64,000 nucleotides of DNA, from positions 114,886,001 to 114,950,000 of the forward strand of contig OX597815.1 of the NCBI GenBank assembly GCA_951406725.2, read 5' to 3'. Positions within the stretch are counted from its first letter, which is position 1, and every line of letters begins with the position of its first letter. Shown here piece by piece: positions 37,661 to 52,135 of the stretch. A program made the translations under genes and the position numbers. The notes beneath the pieces were generated by a model, which searched no databases, had not been told where the DNA came from, and worked only from the letters and a program-made list of their open reading frames with translations. This DNA comes from Octopus vulgaris (taxonomy: Eukaryota).

Positions 37661-40600
37661 ATTTCAATTTGATAGTACATATCATAAGTACACTTTCTGC
37701 ACAACGCAGATAATACATACTCAACACAACTAACCTCCAATAATAGAATACAAGTCCCTACATATGTATTTTATAGAATCAGTATCTAACACTAATGCAT
37801 CATGCAACACTTACAAAACACAATCACCAAACTGTTACAATTTACCATCCAATATACATTGTGTTTATATATATATTACTAAGAAACTCTATTATAACCT
37901 TCTCATCTTTTTTTTTCCACAAAAGTTAGTCAGGTATGGTGTAGGTATGGTTGAGTGGTTAAAAAGCTTGCTTCCCAACCATGTTATCTTTGGTTCAGTC
38001 CCACAATGTGGCATCTTTTGTAAATGTCTTCTACTATTGCACCAGGTCAACCAAAGCTTTGTGAGTAGATTTGATAGACAGACATTGAGAGAAGGCCATA
38101 TATGTGTGAGTGTATGTGTGTGTGTGTGTGTGTGTCTGTGTGTGTGTGTGGTGTTTGTCCCTCTTCATTTTGATAATCATGGGATAGTTGTAAACAAGTG
38201 TAACTGTCACAACAGAGCAGACTCCACTAAAAGCACCCTCAAGAGCCACAAGTGGTGGTGTCAAGATGCATGATGGATTAAGTCTACCATCTATTTCTAT
38301 CATATAATGAATAATATCTCTAATACTTGACAACTCCATCAACTGAAAAGATCACTTATTTACCTGTCACTTCTTGATGTTCATTGGATGAGAATGAATC
38401 TAATACAAGCAAAATCTCATACCTATGCACAACTCACTACTACCACAACTAACTTCAAGCAACCACAAAATGAATAAAGGCATAAGGTGAGTCTTCTCTT
38501 GAATATGACTCCTGTCTATTGGAAGTAAATTTTTCTTAATCATTTTGTTACCTTATTTCTGCTGGAATATACTGACTTTGTTTCAATTAATTTTGAAAAT
38601 ATTGAGGAAGTTAGTAAAATAATTTTGTTTGGAACAGAGTAACATGAAATTTTGATTGAAGGTTTAAATTTAGACCACTTTAGACAGGTAGTTTATATCA
38701 TAGAACAAGGAGCAGTCTCAGGTGGACTGGTATCTAATGGGTTAAAACATTTGGCACCAGAGACACAGTGAAACATGGTAAATTTGCTCAGAGGATATGT
38801 GAGCTAGCAGTGCTTAGCTTGCTACATATAGTTATCTATATAAACATCTCACAACCCATATTCAGTTCATTCATCATGTTAACAAATTTAATGTAGTGAA
38901 CCAAGAAATTTTAATTAACATTACACTGATGGCGAGAAGGAAGAATCAGTAACCAAACAAGTAACAAATCTGTTTAAAAGTAAAAGAAATAAACAACAGT
39001 GGAAATAACCGTGAAAGTTTAATTAATTTAATTTAATTAAAAAACAAAATATGCACTATGTAGGAGTCAGTGAGTCTGATCTTGACTATATGGAGATAAC
39101 TCAAGATATGTTTTGGCCTTATTAGACTTCTTCAGAGACGTATGGTTTATATTTATACTGCCAGACAAAGTGACTTGATTGATATATTGACCTATTGATG
39201 AATAAAATCTAAGTGGCATAATAACTTGAAAGAAGGATTAGGTATCTTGTGGTGCTACAGATCATAATAGGAACAGGTACTGTATAATTTAGTAAACATT
39301 AAATGGCCTGATAACTTAAAAGAAGAACTAGGACAATGTGGAAGTACATTGTGAATAATTGCAGAGACAGATACAGTAAAATTAAGTTATATAATAATCA
39401 TTTAACTGGATCTAGTAAAGAATACAAACGAAAGCAACGAAAAAAAAAAACAAAACAAGGAAAATACCCAGAAAGGTATTCTAATTTAAATCAGAAAACA
39501 GAGGAACAACACACAACAAGGCATTGAGTCCAGTACTCTACCATTTCTGTGATTCCACTACTTTCTGCCACCCCACCATCTATTATAACAACAACAACAA
39601 CAAAAGTAGAAGCAACAATTGGATGAAAGTAATATTGCTAACATGATTGTTTTAGTCTTACACCTTAGAAATTGAGAAATATTATTGTTTAGATAGAAAA
39701 CACATAGGTAAAGATATTATCTCAAAATATTTTCTTTGTGTAGAATAACACACTTTTACCAAATTTTAACAATGGTATTTGTTTCTCATTCTTTCTTTGA
39801 TTTTAATTTCAAATAAAATGAGTTGCTGCCATTTTCAGAAGAACAAATTTGGAGAGGAAAAAAAGAAATATAAATTGCTTTTTACTAATCATAACTAATT
39901 TACTTTGCTCAGAGCAATGAACAAGAAATTTGTAAGAAATCAATAACTTTAAGATTAGAAATAATAGGAATTTTCTATTCCAGAAATTCCTGCTATATTG
40001 AGACTAAGTGGAATATTTTAAGAAAATTGCAACACAAAATTACTTTTATCAGACTTTCACAGTTTCAAGATGAAGGATTTGAGATGAAATCAATATGTTT
40101 AATTTCAAATTGTTGTTTGTATTCCTTTTCTTCTTTATAATCTTCTCTCTGTCCAGTTCAGATAGTTGTAATTGGCCTGTTTTCCAACTATATTATATTT
40201 TGAAGTCATATACTTGTTTAAAATATACATGTACACATAGTCATTCATTCTCTCCCACTCTCTCACTCACACAAGCATCTGCATGCATGCATACACACAA
40301 ACACATGCCCTCAGAAATACAGAATGACATTTGAAATTGTTTATGCGGGTTTTTAACCTTTCAAAGATTGGTAAAAAAGAAAACAAAAACAAAAAAATGT
40401 GAGAGAAAAGAATGATCCAAACCTATTGATCAGCAAAATAACGCTTTTGAAGACATGAATATAAATATTCTGTTAAAAATATTTTTCTTAATAGTAACAC
40501 CATTTTTTATACTCACCAAATAAGGTGTGTAATGTGCTTTTGTTGTTGTTAGAGTCTAAAGAGAAATCAAGGTTGTTGTCTTAAATAAACAATATGTGTC

Positions 40601-42105
40601 TGCTTATCATAGTTCTTATCATTCTCACCAACATAACGAGAATAATCACTGTCATTATTCTTGCTTTCATTGTCATTGTTGTGATTATCATAATGCTGTG
40701 GTTTTCAAATTTTTTCAGGCTGCTGCCCACCCTTGACACCCAGGCCACATTCCTAGTGCCCCTACTCCAACTAACCACCAAAAACATAGACCTCTTTCTG
40801 AAGCAAATTCAAAGCAACTGCATTTCACAAGTAAAACTTAACCTAATGAACCCATTATTTTGTTGTTTTTACATGAATTGCTACCCCATTATCGCCCAAT
40901 TTTTACATGAATGTATGTATGTACTCTTGATGGCCATTAGCATGCATCACTATGATACTGGCAATGTTGTCTGTTTCCAGTCTTCCATGGTGAGACATGA
41001 AAGACATGCCTGACCATGGTCAGGTATTACCTCACCTATTTCAAAGTGAGGGTTGGAGAGAGGAAGGCCATCTGATTGTACAAAATCTGTTTCAATAAAT
41101 TCCATCTTACTCATGCAAGCATGGAAAAGTGAATGTTAAAATGATGATGATGATGATGATGATATGTGTATGTCTGTGTAAAACCCATAATGGAATATTT
41201 GCTTGCATGTATGCAGTGGTGTCCCAACTGCAGGCAGAGACATCCTAGGCTGGATGTACTTGACTGGGGGCCAAAAATGTATGCTTTTCCCCTTTTTACA
41301 TTCTCTACTCTTCTGACTTGGCCCACTTGCCTATGTCCCACTCGTTCCAGTCACTGCACTGTGTCTAACTGCACAAAGTTTGTGTAAATTTACTTTGTCT
41401 AGTCTTTTCTCCTTAGGACTATAAATCTCTAGAATCCCTTCTCTTCTCATACTTTTCTTGCAAATGTTGATCTGTTAGCATTGAGCATCAACTGCATCAT
41501 TCTCACCAACTAGGAAGGGTCACAAAGGTTGGACACTGGCCATCTGGTTAATCATTTAAAAAAGAAATGTAATGGCTTTATAAATAAAAAAAATATCTTT
41601 TATGTTTTACTTGTTTTAATCACTGGACTGCAGCCATACTTGGATACAGCCTTGAAGGGTTTTAGTTGAACAAATCACTCCCAGGACTTTGGTTTTTTTT
41701 TTTTTTTTGAAAGTCTGGTACTTATTCTGTTTGTCACTTTTGCCAATCCATCAAGTTACATGGACATAAATAAACCAACACAAGTTGTTAAGCAGTGGTA
41801 GGAAAAAGACACAACACAGACACACACACACATGTGCACTCATATGATGTGCTTCTTTCAGTTTCCATCTACCAAATCCACTCACAAGGTATTGGTCAGC
41901 TCAGGGCTATAGTAGAAGACACCAACCCAAGGTGTCACATTGTGAAACAGAACCCAAAACCATGTGGTTGGTAAGCAAATGTCTTACCCCACAGCCATAC
42001 CTATGTCTAAATCCTGTAATATTTGGGGTATTGTGGTCAAGCCCCTACTGAAGCACCACTTTTAATTCATTTAAGAGTTTCTTATATACATAAATCATTA
42101 CTTAC

Positions 42106-42172
42106 CCCTTAAAATCCTGTTCATTGGGATCAGCAAAAGAAGCAAGTAACAACTGGCTGATTTCTTTTAATT
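42106..42172 (-). CDS. Exon B; (Q)LKEISQLLLASFADPNEQDFK(G), second half of an ankyrin repeat
   Basis: Boundaries tcag|AATTAA...TAAGGG|gtaag; 67 nt; phase 1 to 2. Bridges exons A and C exactly. Confidence 0.9.
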
Positions 42173-44501
42173 CTGAAATTATAGGAAAAATAATAGATTT
42201 TTTATTCTGTTTTTGTTTTATTTAATTTGATTTGAGAATTTTTTGGATCAATTTGTCTCTGTCTTTTATTATTTGTATTGTATATGCTTTGGTTTAAATA
42301 GTTATTTATATTCAACTCTGTCCAACACTTTTTCTCAACCCTGTCACTGATATCTTCCTTCTTCCAGTTCCCTACAAAACTTCCCCATCCTCTTTTCTTG
42401 CTTACCATCCCACATTCCTCCACCTAGAATCATCACCTACTTTCTCTTCTGTTCACCCTCATTAATAGGAGCCACTTTAGGCCCTTAGCCTAGCAACTTA
42501 TGAAGCAATCCACACTAGTTCTGCTGCCATGAAGAAGCATCAAGCACATTCTGTAAAGTAGTAGGCATTAGGAAGGGTGTCCAGCCATAGAACCCATAGT
42601 GGACATTGGCAGATAAAGTGGACATTGACAGATAATTTGCTTCTTTCCTTCAACTCCTCAGGCCCTGTCAAACTGTCCAATCTATGCTAGCATGGAAGCT
42701 GGACATTAAATGACTATTGATAATGATGATGATGATGACGATGATGATAATGGAGAAGTGATTTTATATTCTTATAAAACTTGGATTAATTTAAGATTAA
42801 TTTGAGAGCATGAATGATCATATCTTTTATGTTACAGCTTACAAACATCAACATACATTTATGTTGCTCCTATATGTACATACAAATATTCATGCATGGC
42901 TGTAGAGTTAAGACAATTAATTTTCAATTGCATGGCTTTGGGTTCTATCCTGTTGTTCAACACCTTGGGCTTATGCCATGGCCCTGGGTGAACAAAAGCC
43001 ATGTGAGTGAAACTTGGTCAACAGAGGCTATGTGGAAGCCAGTTAGAAGGATCATTTCTGTTCTTGAGAAGATTAATCCATTACATAGTTTAACACCAAC
43101 ACCATCACCTTCACCTCTACCAGTACCACCACCACTGCCACCACCACTACCTCTACTTCCTGGCCCATAGGTATCTTTAGCAAAGTTCACTCTGTTGTAA
43201 GCATCCAGATCATGTTTTCTGTTTGAAGATGACCTTGTCCCTTCCCTCTACCTGTTTCAGAGGCCTTGAAAAGGGTCTTGGCACTGCCATTCCTCCTCTA
43301 AGCCATTAAAAAGCAAAAAATTACATGCCTGCAAAACTCATTCAGTTATTTGATCAACCAAATTCCCTGCTCATTGAATGAGTGTGTAACTGAGCATTTT
43401 GCAGACACATGTACCTTTAATGTTATTTTTAAACAGAATCAAGGTATATCTAACCAGGATGTTGTGCAGTGAAATTGAATCCTGGGCCTTATGGTTGCAA
43501 AGAGAAGTTCTTAACCATTCAACCATACAGACACATCCACTACAAAGTCCAATCCTTATTGTGGTGTGATAGTTAGTGTACCTCAATGACACAGAGAACT
43601 GCTTCAGCAGAATACAAGCTCCCGACAGGGCTTTTCATGCTGGACTAGTCAAAGGATAGAGGCCAAACTAATATGGACCACCTCTTTCCAGAGATGAAAA
43701 TGGGTTTGTGTAGGGCAAACAACCCTACCTTGAAAAAGAGTCAAGTTACAGAAGCATCAATGACAATTCACAACCAACAAAATCTGGAGAAAGAAAGCCT
43801 TCCTTCAGGAAAAGAACGTGATGCTGTTGCAGAAAACATCCAAAAGGAAACCAACATCCTGCATTATACACCAGGCCTTGATCTGGAAACCATATGGGAG
43901 GCAGAAGAGAGGGTGACCCAGACATTGGTGAACCAAAGCTAAAAAAGCAAGGATTCAAATGAAGAGAAGTACAAATGAAAACCCATAGTCAAAATAGTAT
44001 TTAATAGTATTTCTATATTTGTTATTGTAGATTGTGTGTAAAAAACATTCTCATGAAGGGAGTGTCAGTTTTGAAAATATGAAATATATCATATTACTTG
44101 GCACATCCCTGAAACGGCCCGCAGATGGAACTTAAACTTTTATATTATTTTTTGGGGGATTTTAAAACATCCTTTTAATGTTTTATCATCCCAAATTTTT
44201 AATTACACCAATGTTTTATAACTTTTAAATGTGAATTCACTGTGTTTTAGTATAACACCAATTATTATCTATTTATATATATTTTTATATTTGGAATTTA
44301 TATATCCGTTTTGTAAATATGGAAAAATATATGAATATATGTATGTACTTGTCCAACCCATGCTAGCATGAAAAACGGACGTTAAACGAGGTTGATGATG
44401 ATAATGATGATGATGATGACGATGTATTTGACTTTCGAGTGTGGATCTTAATTATGTTCCTCAAGTTTCCGCTTGCATTGCCTCCATTGAAATTAAGAAG
44501 T

Positions 44502-44544
<43 letters not shown>

Positions 44545-47500
44545 GCAAGCTGATGGAACCTTTATGTAGTCACTTCACCAGCTAGAAATGGAAACCAAAT
44601 CTTCCTCAAATCATATTTCATCAACTTAAAAAATAACCCAGTGGATAAAGCAATCCTAAATATATTAATGAATTAATATATTTGTATTAATGAAGTTGGG
44701 ATGGTAAAAGATGGAATGGCTTTTATCATAGGTTTTGATCAGAGTTAAGCAGCAAAATACACAAACACACACACACACACACACACACACATTTAGCTGA
44801 TCTTCAGTGAAATAGGTAATAAACATAATGGTTAGGTGTTGAATAATATATGAATTGAGTTTAATATCAAAGCTTATATGCAATGTGTGTTCCAGTTCAT
44901 GATAAGGAAGTACTGAGTACTGGCAACATTCCCTCCTACTGCCAAGTACTGTTAGATGAATAGAGTACACACCTAAGATGGCAACAAAGTAGACAGAAGT
45001 GTTGCTAGAACTTGTGACCTCAACTACATTAACTTAACTTGCATCACACCATCCTACTCTAATTAAGTCAATGAGGCAGCCTCTATATAGTCGCTCAAGG
45101 TGGTAGAAATAGTAGCCAAATTTTACTCAAACCACTCATTCAGTTTTAAAGAAAGGAAAAGTTATTATAACCTCCTCCTTTTCATCATCGTCGTCGTCAC
45201 CACCACCATTTAATGTCTACTTTTCAGTGCTTGCATGAGTTAAGTTGAATTTGTTGGGTTGGCAGGACACCCTTCCTGTTGCCAACCTTTATATGTTTCC
45301 AGGGAAGGTAATATTTCCCATGGCCAGACATGTTTTCCCATGGAAAACTGGAAATGAACAACATCACTTGTATGATGACACACACACTTGCACACAGAGA
45401 TATATATGATAGGCTTTTTTCAGTTTCCATCTGAATCCACTGACAAGGTTTTGGTCAGCTTGGGGCTATAGTAGAAGACACTTGTCCAAGGTTCTATGCA
45501 GTGAGACTAAATCCAAGACTGTAAGGCCTGATAGCTTATCTCCACCATCCTTTCTCCATTTTCTGCTGTGGTACCTATGTGTCCTGTCTACAGCAAGACA
45601 TTTGTTCCAGTGTTCCAGCCTCTCTTCCTACTTTAACTCCTCTACACCAGACACTAAGCCATCTCTCTCAACACTACGCTGCTATTCTGTGAAGGGATTT
45701 TGTTTTGTGAGTTATTTTTTGACTCCACTAGTGCTGGTGCCATGGAAAAATCATCTAGTACACTCTGCAAAGTGTTTGGCATTAGGAAAAGCATCCAGCC
45801 ATAGGAACCTTGCCAAAGCAGACTCTGGAGACCAATGCAGTCCTCATTCTAGTCAGATCTTGTTAGATTGGCCAATCAATGCCAGTATGGAACATGTACA
45901 TTGAATGATGATAATGATATATATATATGTATATAACAAAAAGGGAGGAGGAGAATTTTGATTATCCCCACGTGGTGAGTTGTAATGCAAAAAAATATAC
46001 ATATAAAATAAAAGAAGGAAAATATATATGTACATATATATAACAAGTAGAAAGATATATTTCTCAACGTGTAAATGCTGTTCTATCAGTATTTATGGAT
46101 TGAAAAATATATATTTGTACTTGTTCTACAATACATTTCAATGCTTCAAAAAGAAGCTTATGTTTTTTTACATATGACTTAATATATATACTGTTTGAAT
46201 CGTCTTAGAGACCATAAGTCAGGGAGAAGATGCACTCGTATAACTGTTAGTTGAGTGGGTATATTGTCTGATTTTTATAGTGTTAATTATCCATCACAGC
46301 TTGTCTTACCAGTTAGTTTTGCATGAAATTATATAATGGCTGTCTCTGACGAGTGTATACCATATAACTGGTTTGTTGCCTAACACTCCATTATATAACT
46401 TCACACAAAAATGATTGATAAGACTAGCTGTGATGGATAATTAACACTATAAAATTCAGACTATATATATATATAGCTGCTGGCTCTCCAGACCTCAGTC
46501 AAACCGTCCAATCCATGCCAGCATAAAAAATGGACATTAAACGATGATGATGATGATAACGATATATATATTTTATAGGTTAAATAGTATTTCAATCATG
46601 ACATTGAAATTATTGTAATTTCGTATTTTCTTAAGAAGATTTTAGTCCATGTTGTGTACTTGTTCTACAATACATTTCAATGCTTCAAAAACAAGCTTAT
46701 GTTTGTTTACATATATACTGTTTGAATCGTCTTAGAGACCATAAGTCCATGTTGTGTGTGGAGAAATTTGTGATTGAATCTTCTTTAGAAAATACCGTTA
46801 TTACAATAATTTTAATGTCATGATTAGCGAAAGTGAAACCGGTCGACAAACACAATACACTTTCACTTATAAAATATATATATAAAAAGAAATATATAAA
46901 AACTATGTAAACTGTGTGCATTTTCCTTCTTATATTTTATATATAGATACATTTGTTCACACACACACAAAGAGAGATAGAGCAGATAGATGCTTATGAA
47001 TCCTGAAAGTTCAATTTGAATTCATCTTAGTGAAATATGTAATCATGGAGAGTGCATGAGAACTTAACAGGCAGTTGATGCTACAGTTGTGAATCTATAT
47101 GAATTACACGCACAAGAAGAAAGGGGCCGCAAAAATCCTGCATAGAAAATATAGAGTACACACACACACACACACAACAGCTGAAATGAGAGCTAACTTT
47201 AAAATATCCAGAGAAAAATATCTTAAAGAAAATGTGTTTATATTACTATGACCTACACTAAGATAGAGAGGCTTTAAGAAATTTGCATGGCATGGCAAAC
47301 AGAAATCGTCTAAAGAAAGAGTCTTTGTGTGATAGTCTAACAGGGGTCCTTCATAGGCCAACAGGACATATGTAGTTTAGTGACAATACCTTTATTCACA
47401 AAGAAATTACTATTACCAGTAGTTTTTACTGAAAAAGCAGGATTTTGTCATTTTGTAGTTATATTAACAGAAAGTGTTATATCAATTTATTTCTCTTACT

Positions 47501-50500
47501 AAAATCTTTTTTTAATTATTAAATATTTCATTTGCCTGGGCCAGGGGGAATGTGTTATTTCTGTTGAAATATTCAACAGTAATGTTATTTCTGTTGAAAT
47601 ACATTCTTTGTGTCGAGTAATGTCATAAAATAAATAATTTAGTTAGATTACTTTTTCATTCTGTTGTGTCTGAGGAGAGCCATTTTATTTTTTTGTGCCT
47701 TATAATGTAACATACACACCAGTAAAATTTCCACTTATTTCTTATTTTTATTTTCCGAAAAATTTTCGTTGCATCTTGCAACTTGTGTATATGTTAAATT
47801 ATAAGGCACAAAAAAAAAAGAAAATGACTCTCCTCAGACACAACAGAATATGCTTCAATACACGAACTCATATAAAGAATCTTGCAAACCAAATCCAAAA
47901 ACGAAATACTTTTTCATTATTAACTTGGTTTTTGGAACATAAATTAACAAGAAGTTTTGATACAAAGTTATAATTTAGATTAGTTAAAAATAGGAAGTTA
48001 GTATCATAGAACCAGGGATTATCTCAAGCAGGTTGTTTTCAAAAAGGTCAATAAACAGACCATAAAATGTTGCAAGTAATCTTAAGATAACTAGTGTCCC
48101 AAACTTAGTCAATTTAAAGGTTTGTTTGGTAATAAACTTCAGTATCATATAAGTATTTTCATTAGTGATCCTTGAGACCAAAAAACAAAACAAAAAAAAA
48201 AAAAAACTGAACAAAGGTAGAGATTTAAACCCAAAAACCAAAATGATGAAATGAAAATCATAAAAAATACATGAATGTGATTCAAGTTTTTATCATTTTA
48301 AACAATGCCATACATCTGTATATTATCTTTTATCTTCTTTTACTTGCTTCAGTGATTTGACTGTGACCATGCTGGGGCACTGCATTGAAGGGTTTTAGTC
48401 AAACAAATTGACCCCAGGACTTATTTTTATAAGCCTGGTACTTATTTTATCAGTTTTTTTCCTGCTGAATCACTAAGTTATGGGGATGTAAATACACCAA
48501 CACTGGTTGTCAAGTGGGGGTGGTGAACAAGCACAGATACAAAGATACACACATAGATACACACACACACACACACATTCTTTCACTTGTTTCAGTCATA
48601 CTTGAGCACCACTTTAATAATATATAGTGCCATGCAGTTGGACTGAACCCACAACCATGTGGTTGGGAAGCAAGCTTACCACATAACCATGCTTGTACCT
48701 TTAAAAAATATGGAATGCTTCTCTGTATCGTTCCAAATTTTAGTGTATGTAGTGCCGAAGCAAGTACATATATGTACTTGTTATATATGCCTTAAAACTT
48801 CCTATATGTTTAAAACACAAAACTTCATACAACACCTAATACATAACACCAGGAATTATAACATTGGCAATAACCCATGCAAATATGATAGAATCACCTT
48901 GTCTTTTAATAACTTACTATATCTGTTAATAGGTGATTATTAATTTAAGGGAAGGAAGAAATGGAAGTTATAACATTCCATTCCTAAGTGCATTAGTAAT
49001 GTAAACAAACATAAATAGCCATGCCTGAAAATGAAAATATTGTTGTAAATTTGCTACCCATTACTCATTATCCCATGGAACTAATCTCTGCAATTCTTAT
49101 TTATTTTTACTGGATTCAGTCACTAAACTGAAAATATGTCTTACTCTTGGTCGTCTATCATATTTCTAGCCTCATCTAGGATGCTTTATAGGAATATTAA
49201 AGGCCTTATACTTTGTTGAGCAAGAAGGAATGAAAGGCAAATTTGGCCTTAGCAGAATTTGAATTTGGAATACAAAGGATCTTAACTACATACCACAACC
49301 TCTAATGATTCTGCCAGTCCACTGCCTATTATATAGACTGATACCTTGGAACTTATTTGATCTAATTCAGAGGTGGATGAAATTCAGAGTCAAGAAGATC
49401 TAAAGGGAAGCAATTTACATGTAAGCAACTTACATAAAATATCACAAGATACTTTTGTTAACACACACACATATGCACACACTTGTGTGTGTGTGTGTGT
49501 GTGTGGGTGGGTTCTGTACAGTTTCTGTTTGCTAAATTTCACTACAGCTTTACTCAATTTGAGGCTATAGTAGAACATTTGTCTTCTGAAGTACAACAGC
49601 CACACTATATAAAACATACCTTACTAATTACTGGGTGTAACATTGAATGAATGAATGAATGTTTTCATCTTCAAAAGGGAAGGTCTGGGACTTCAGATAC
49701 ATGCAGAATCAGTACCACTGCCGATGAGGGCTATTTGAAGTGTGGTTGTGGCTGGTTAAAAACTCTTCTTATCCATTTGTTTCCATTTCAAGCTCTCTTG
49801 GAGATGAACAGAGTCATGACCCACCTGAGGTCTTTTCTTATCTGAGTTAATGCCAGGGTTGATACTTTTTACAGGCACTTACAGCTAGTGAGGGGTTATA
49901 GTGCTGGCTGCCTTCTGCTCCATGTTGCTCTTAACGAAATCATAAAGCATGGCCTAGAGGCCACAGGCTTCTGTTCCTAGTTTGAGCCAGCAAGGCTAGA
50001 CTGAAGGGACAGTAAAAAACCTGACAGCATGATGATTTTCCCATTCTGTGGTGGTAGGACCCCCATCTACTAGGATGTGACATGCTGTGACAACTTCTCC
50101 AGTAGCAACTTACTGTGATCAACTACCAGTCTAGGATCCACTGCTCGTTAGGCTGAGAAGAGCAAACTATATTGGTCACTTTCTGATAGCTTTATGGTCA
50201 AGCCAGGAGCATAGGAGACCTCTGGTGTTTTTGACCCCTGGACCATATCCTCACTCACCATTATTGGGATAGAGATGGCTATCTGCAAGTGTGAGTCCTA
50301 TGAGTCAGAGTAGCTGTTACAGTGCATCTCCCTTGGCTTGAAGTTGTCCTTCTAGTTTGGATACCTTCCACTAAGTTATAATAGAAAATAGTAAAACTAT
50401 ACAAATTCTTTACAATATTAACACAACGTGAAAGGCCTTCACATGGATTCTATATAACCATTATTTATCTATGTTTTCTTTTGAAAACAGTAAAAATAGC

Positions 50501-51939
50501 GACTGTTAAGTCATATTCCCTTATCCATTGAGATATCAAACTTCCCATTCAACCACTCAGCCTCTTAATCTCACAAACTGATGAAAGAGCTTCAGAGTGG
50601 TTATTAAGCCAGCTAGAAATAGCAGTCAAATCTCTCACAAATCGAATCTATCTTCTTTAAAAAAGGATTACATGTTAGTTAATGTATCCCTAGATTTACT
50701 TGGTGTGTAAACAAGAGTATTCATAGGTGGAATGTCTTTGATCATAGGTCTACTTGGAGTAGGGTTGATAGAGGTGGGTGGGAGTAAACAACAAAAAGAA
50801 CAACCTCTTAACTTGATGGATTCAACAAAACAAAATAAAAAAAAGAAAATCTATTTCCTTTACTTAGATGCAAAAAAATAATGTCAAGACTTCAATGTTT
50901 ATTTAACAAACCAAGTGGTAGATGACCTGTTACTACCCCACAGCAGCATCTCAAATTTCTCTCTTTTAATCCACACCCACTAGCTCCTTACTACACCCAC
51001 TTCTTATTTCCTTACATCACTCACTTCTTCCCTTCCTCACTCTCTTTCTATCTCCCTGTCTCTTTCTCTCACTTAAAAATCTCTTCCCTTCCCCCATTAC
51101 TCACTCAATCACTTTATGAGCATTCAAGTTAATAAAGACAAAGAAAACACATCAATGATTTATCGATAAGATCTCAACCTCATCAATAACCACTAATCTT
51201 ATTTGTAACTCTCTGTGTTTTTGTTAGAAAGCACATCAAATCCTAAATCTACAATTCTTAACCAAGAGAAAAAAATTTCAGGATTCCAGGGGAAAATTTG
51301 GCATTTCCTCATCACTGTTTTAACACCCACTTTTTCCAGGTTTGCATGGGTTGGAGGGAATTTGTTGAGGTAGATTTTCAACAGCTAGATGTCCCTTCTA
51401 TCACCAACCCTTACTTGTTTTCAAATAAGGTAATATTTCCTCATGACCAGACATATTTTCATGGCAGCCTGGAAAAGAAAGGCACTGCTTGTATGATGGT
51501 GACACTCACTTAGAATTATCACAGAATGTCAAGGCAAGGAGATGGTTCACATCACACACATCATCATTTAATGTCTGCTTTCCATGTTGGCATGGATTGG
51601 ATGGTTTAACAAGAACTGGGCAGCTTCTCAGCTGCCCAGATTCCAGTTTATTTTGGTATGGTTTGTACAGCTGGATATCCTTTCAAACCACTCCAAAGTG
51701 TACCAGGTGCTTTTATGTGGCACCAGCATGGGTGCTTATATATATATTGATAAAATGGTAAGACAACAAAAGAAAGAAAGAGACCTCGGTATTATGTAAA
51801 TAGAGGAATTTATCTGTAAATGTAATATGTGACAATTATTTGGTAGCCATGATAAAACTCCGAGTTTCAGATGCTGAGGTGGAAATCCACGCTGCCATCT
51901 CTTCAGTTATATATATGGTGTAGTCTTTTAAGAACATAG

Positions 51940-52020
51940 TCATCATCATTGTTCGACCATGGTTGAGACAATGGAATTTACCATGCTACGCCAGACTTCA
52001 CGGTCCATCATAGCATCATA
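51940..52020 (-). mobile_element. 3' tip of a second RTE family
   Basis: Translates DAMMDREVWRSMVNSIVSTMVEQ*, followed by (TGA)n. Confidence 0.65.
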
Positions 52021-52135
52021 GCATAGAACATAGTAGAGTACAGTATAAAGCTTGTCCACCTTCAGATTTCACCTTGTACTATCTGGTAGTACATACTTCC
52101 ACATTTGCATATGGGCTTCTGTCATGTGTGAATAG

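Noticed and set aside
40594-41013. 139-aa hydrophobic ORF suggesting a membrane protein
   Set aside because: It derives from degenerate (ATC/ATT)n repeats plus hAT-like and RTE fragments.
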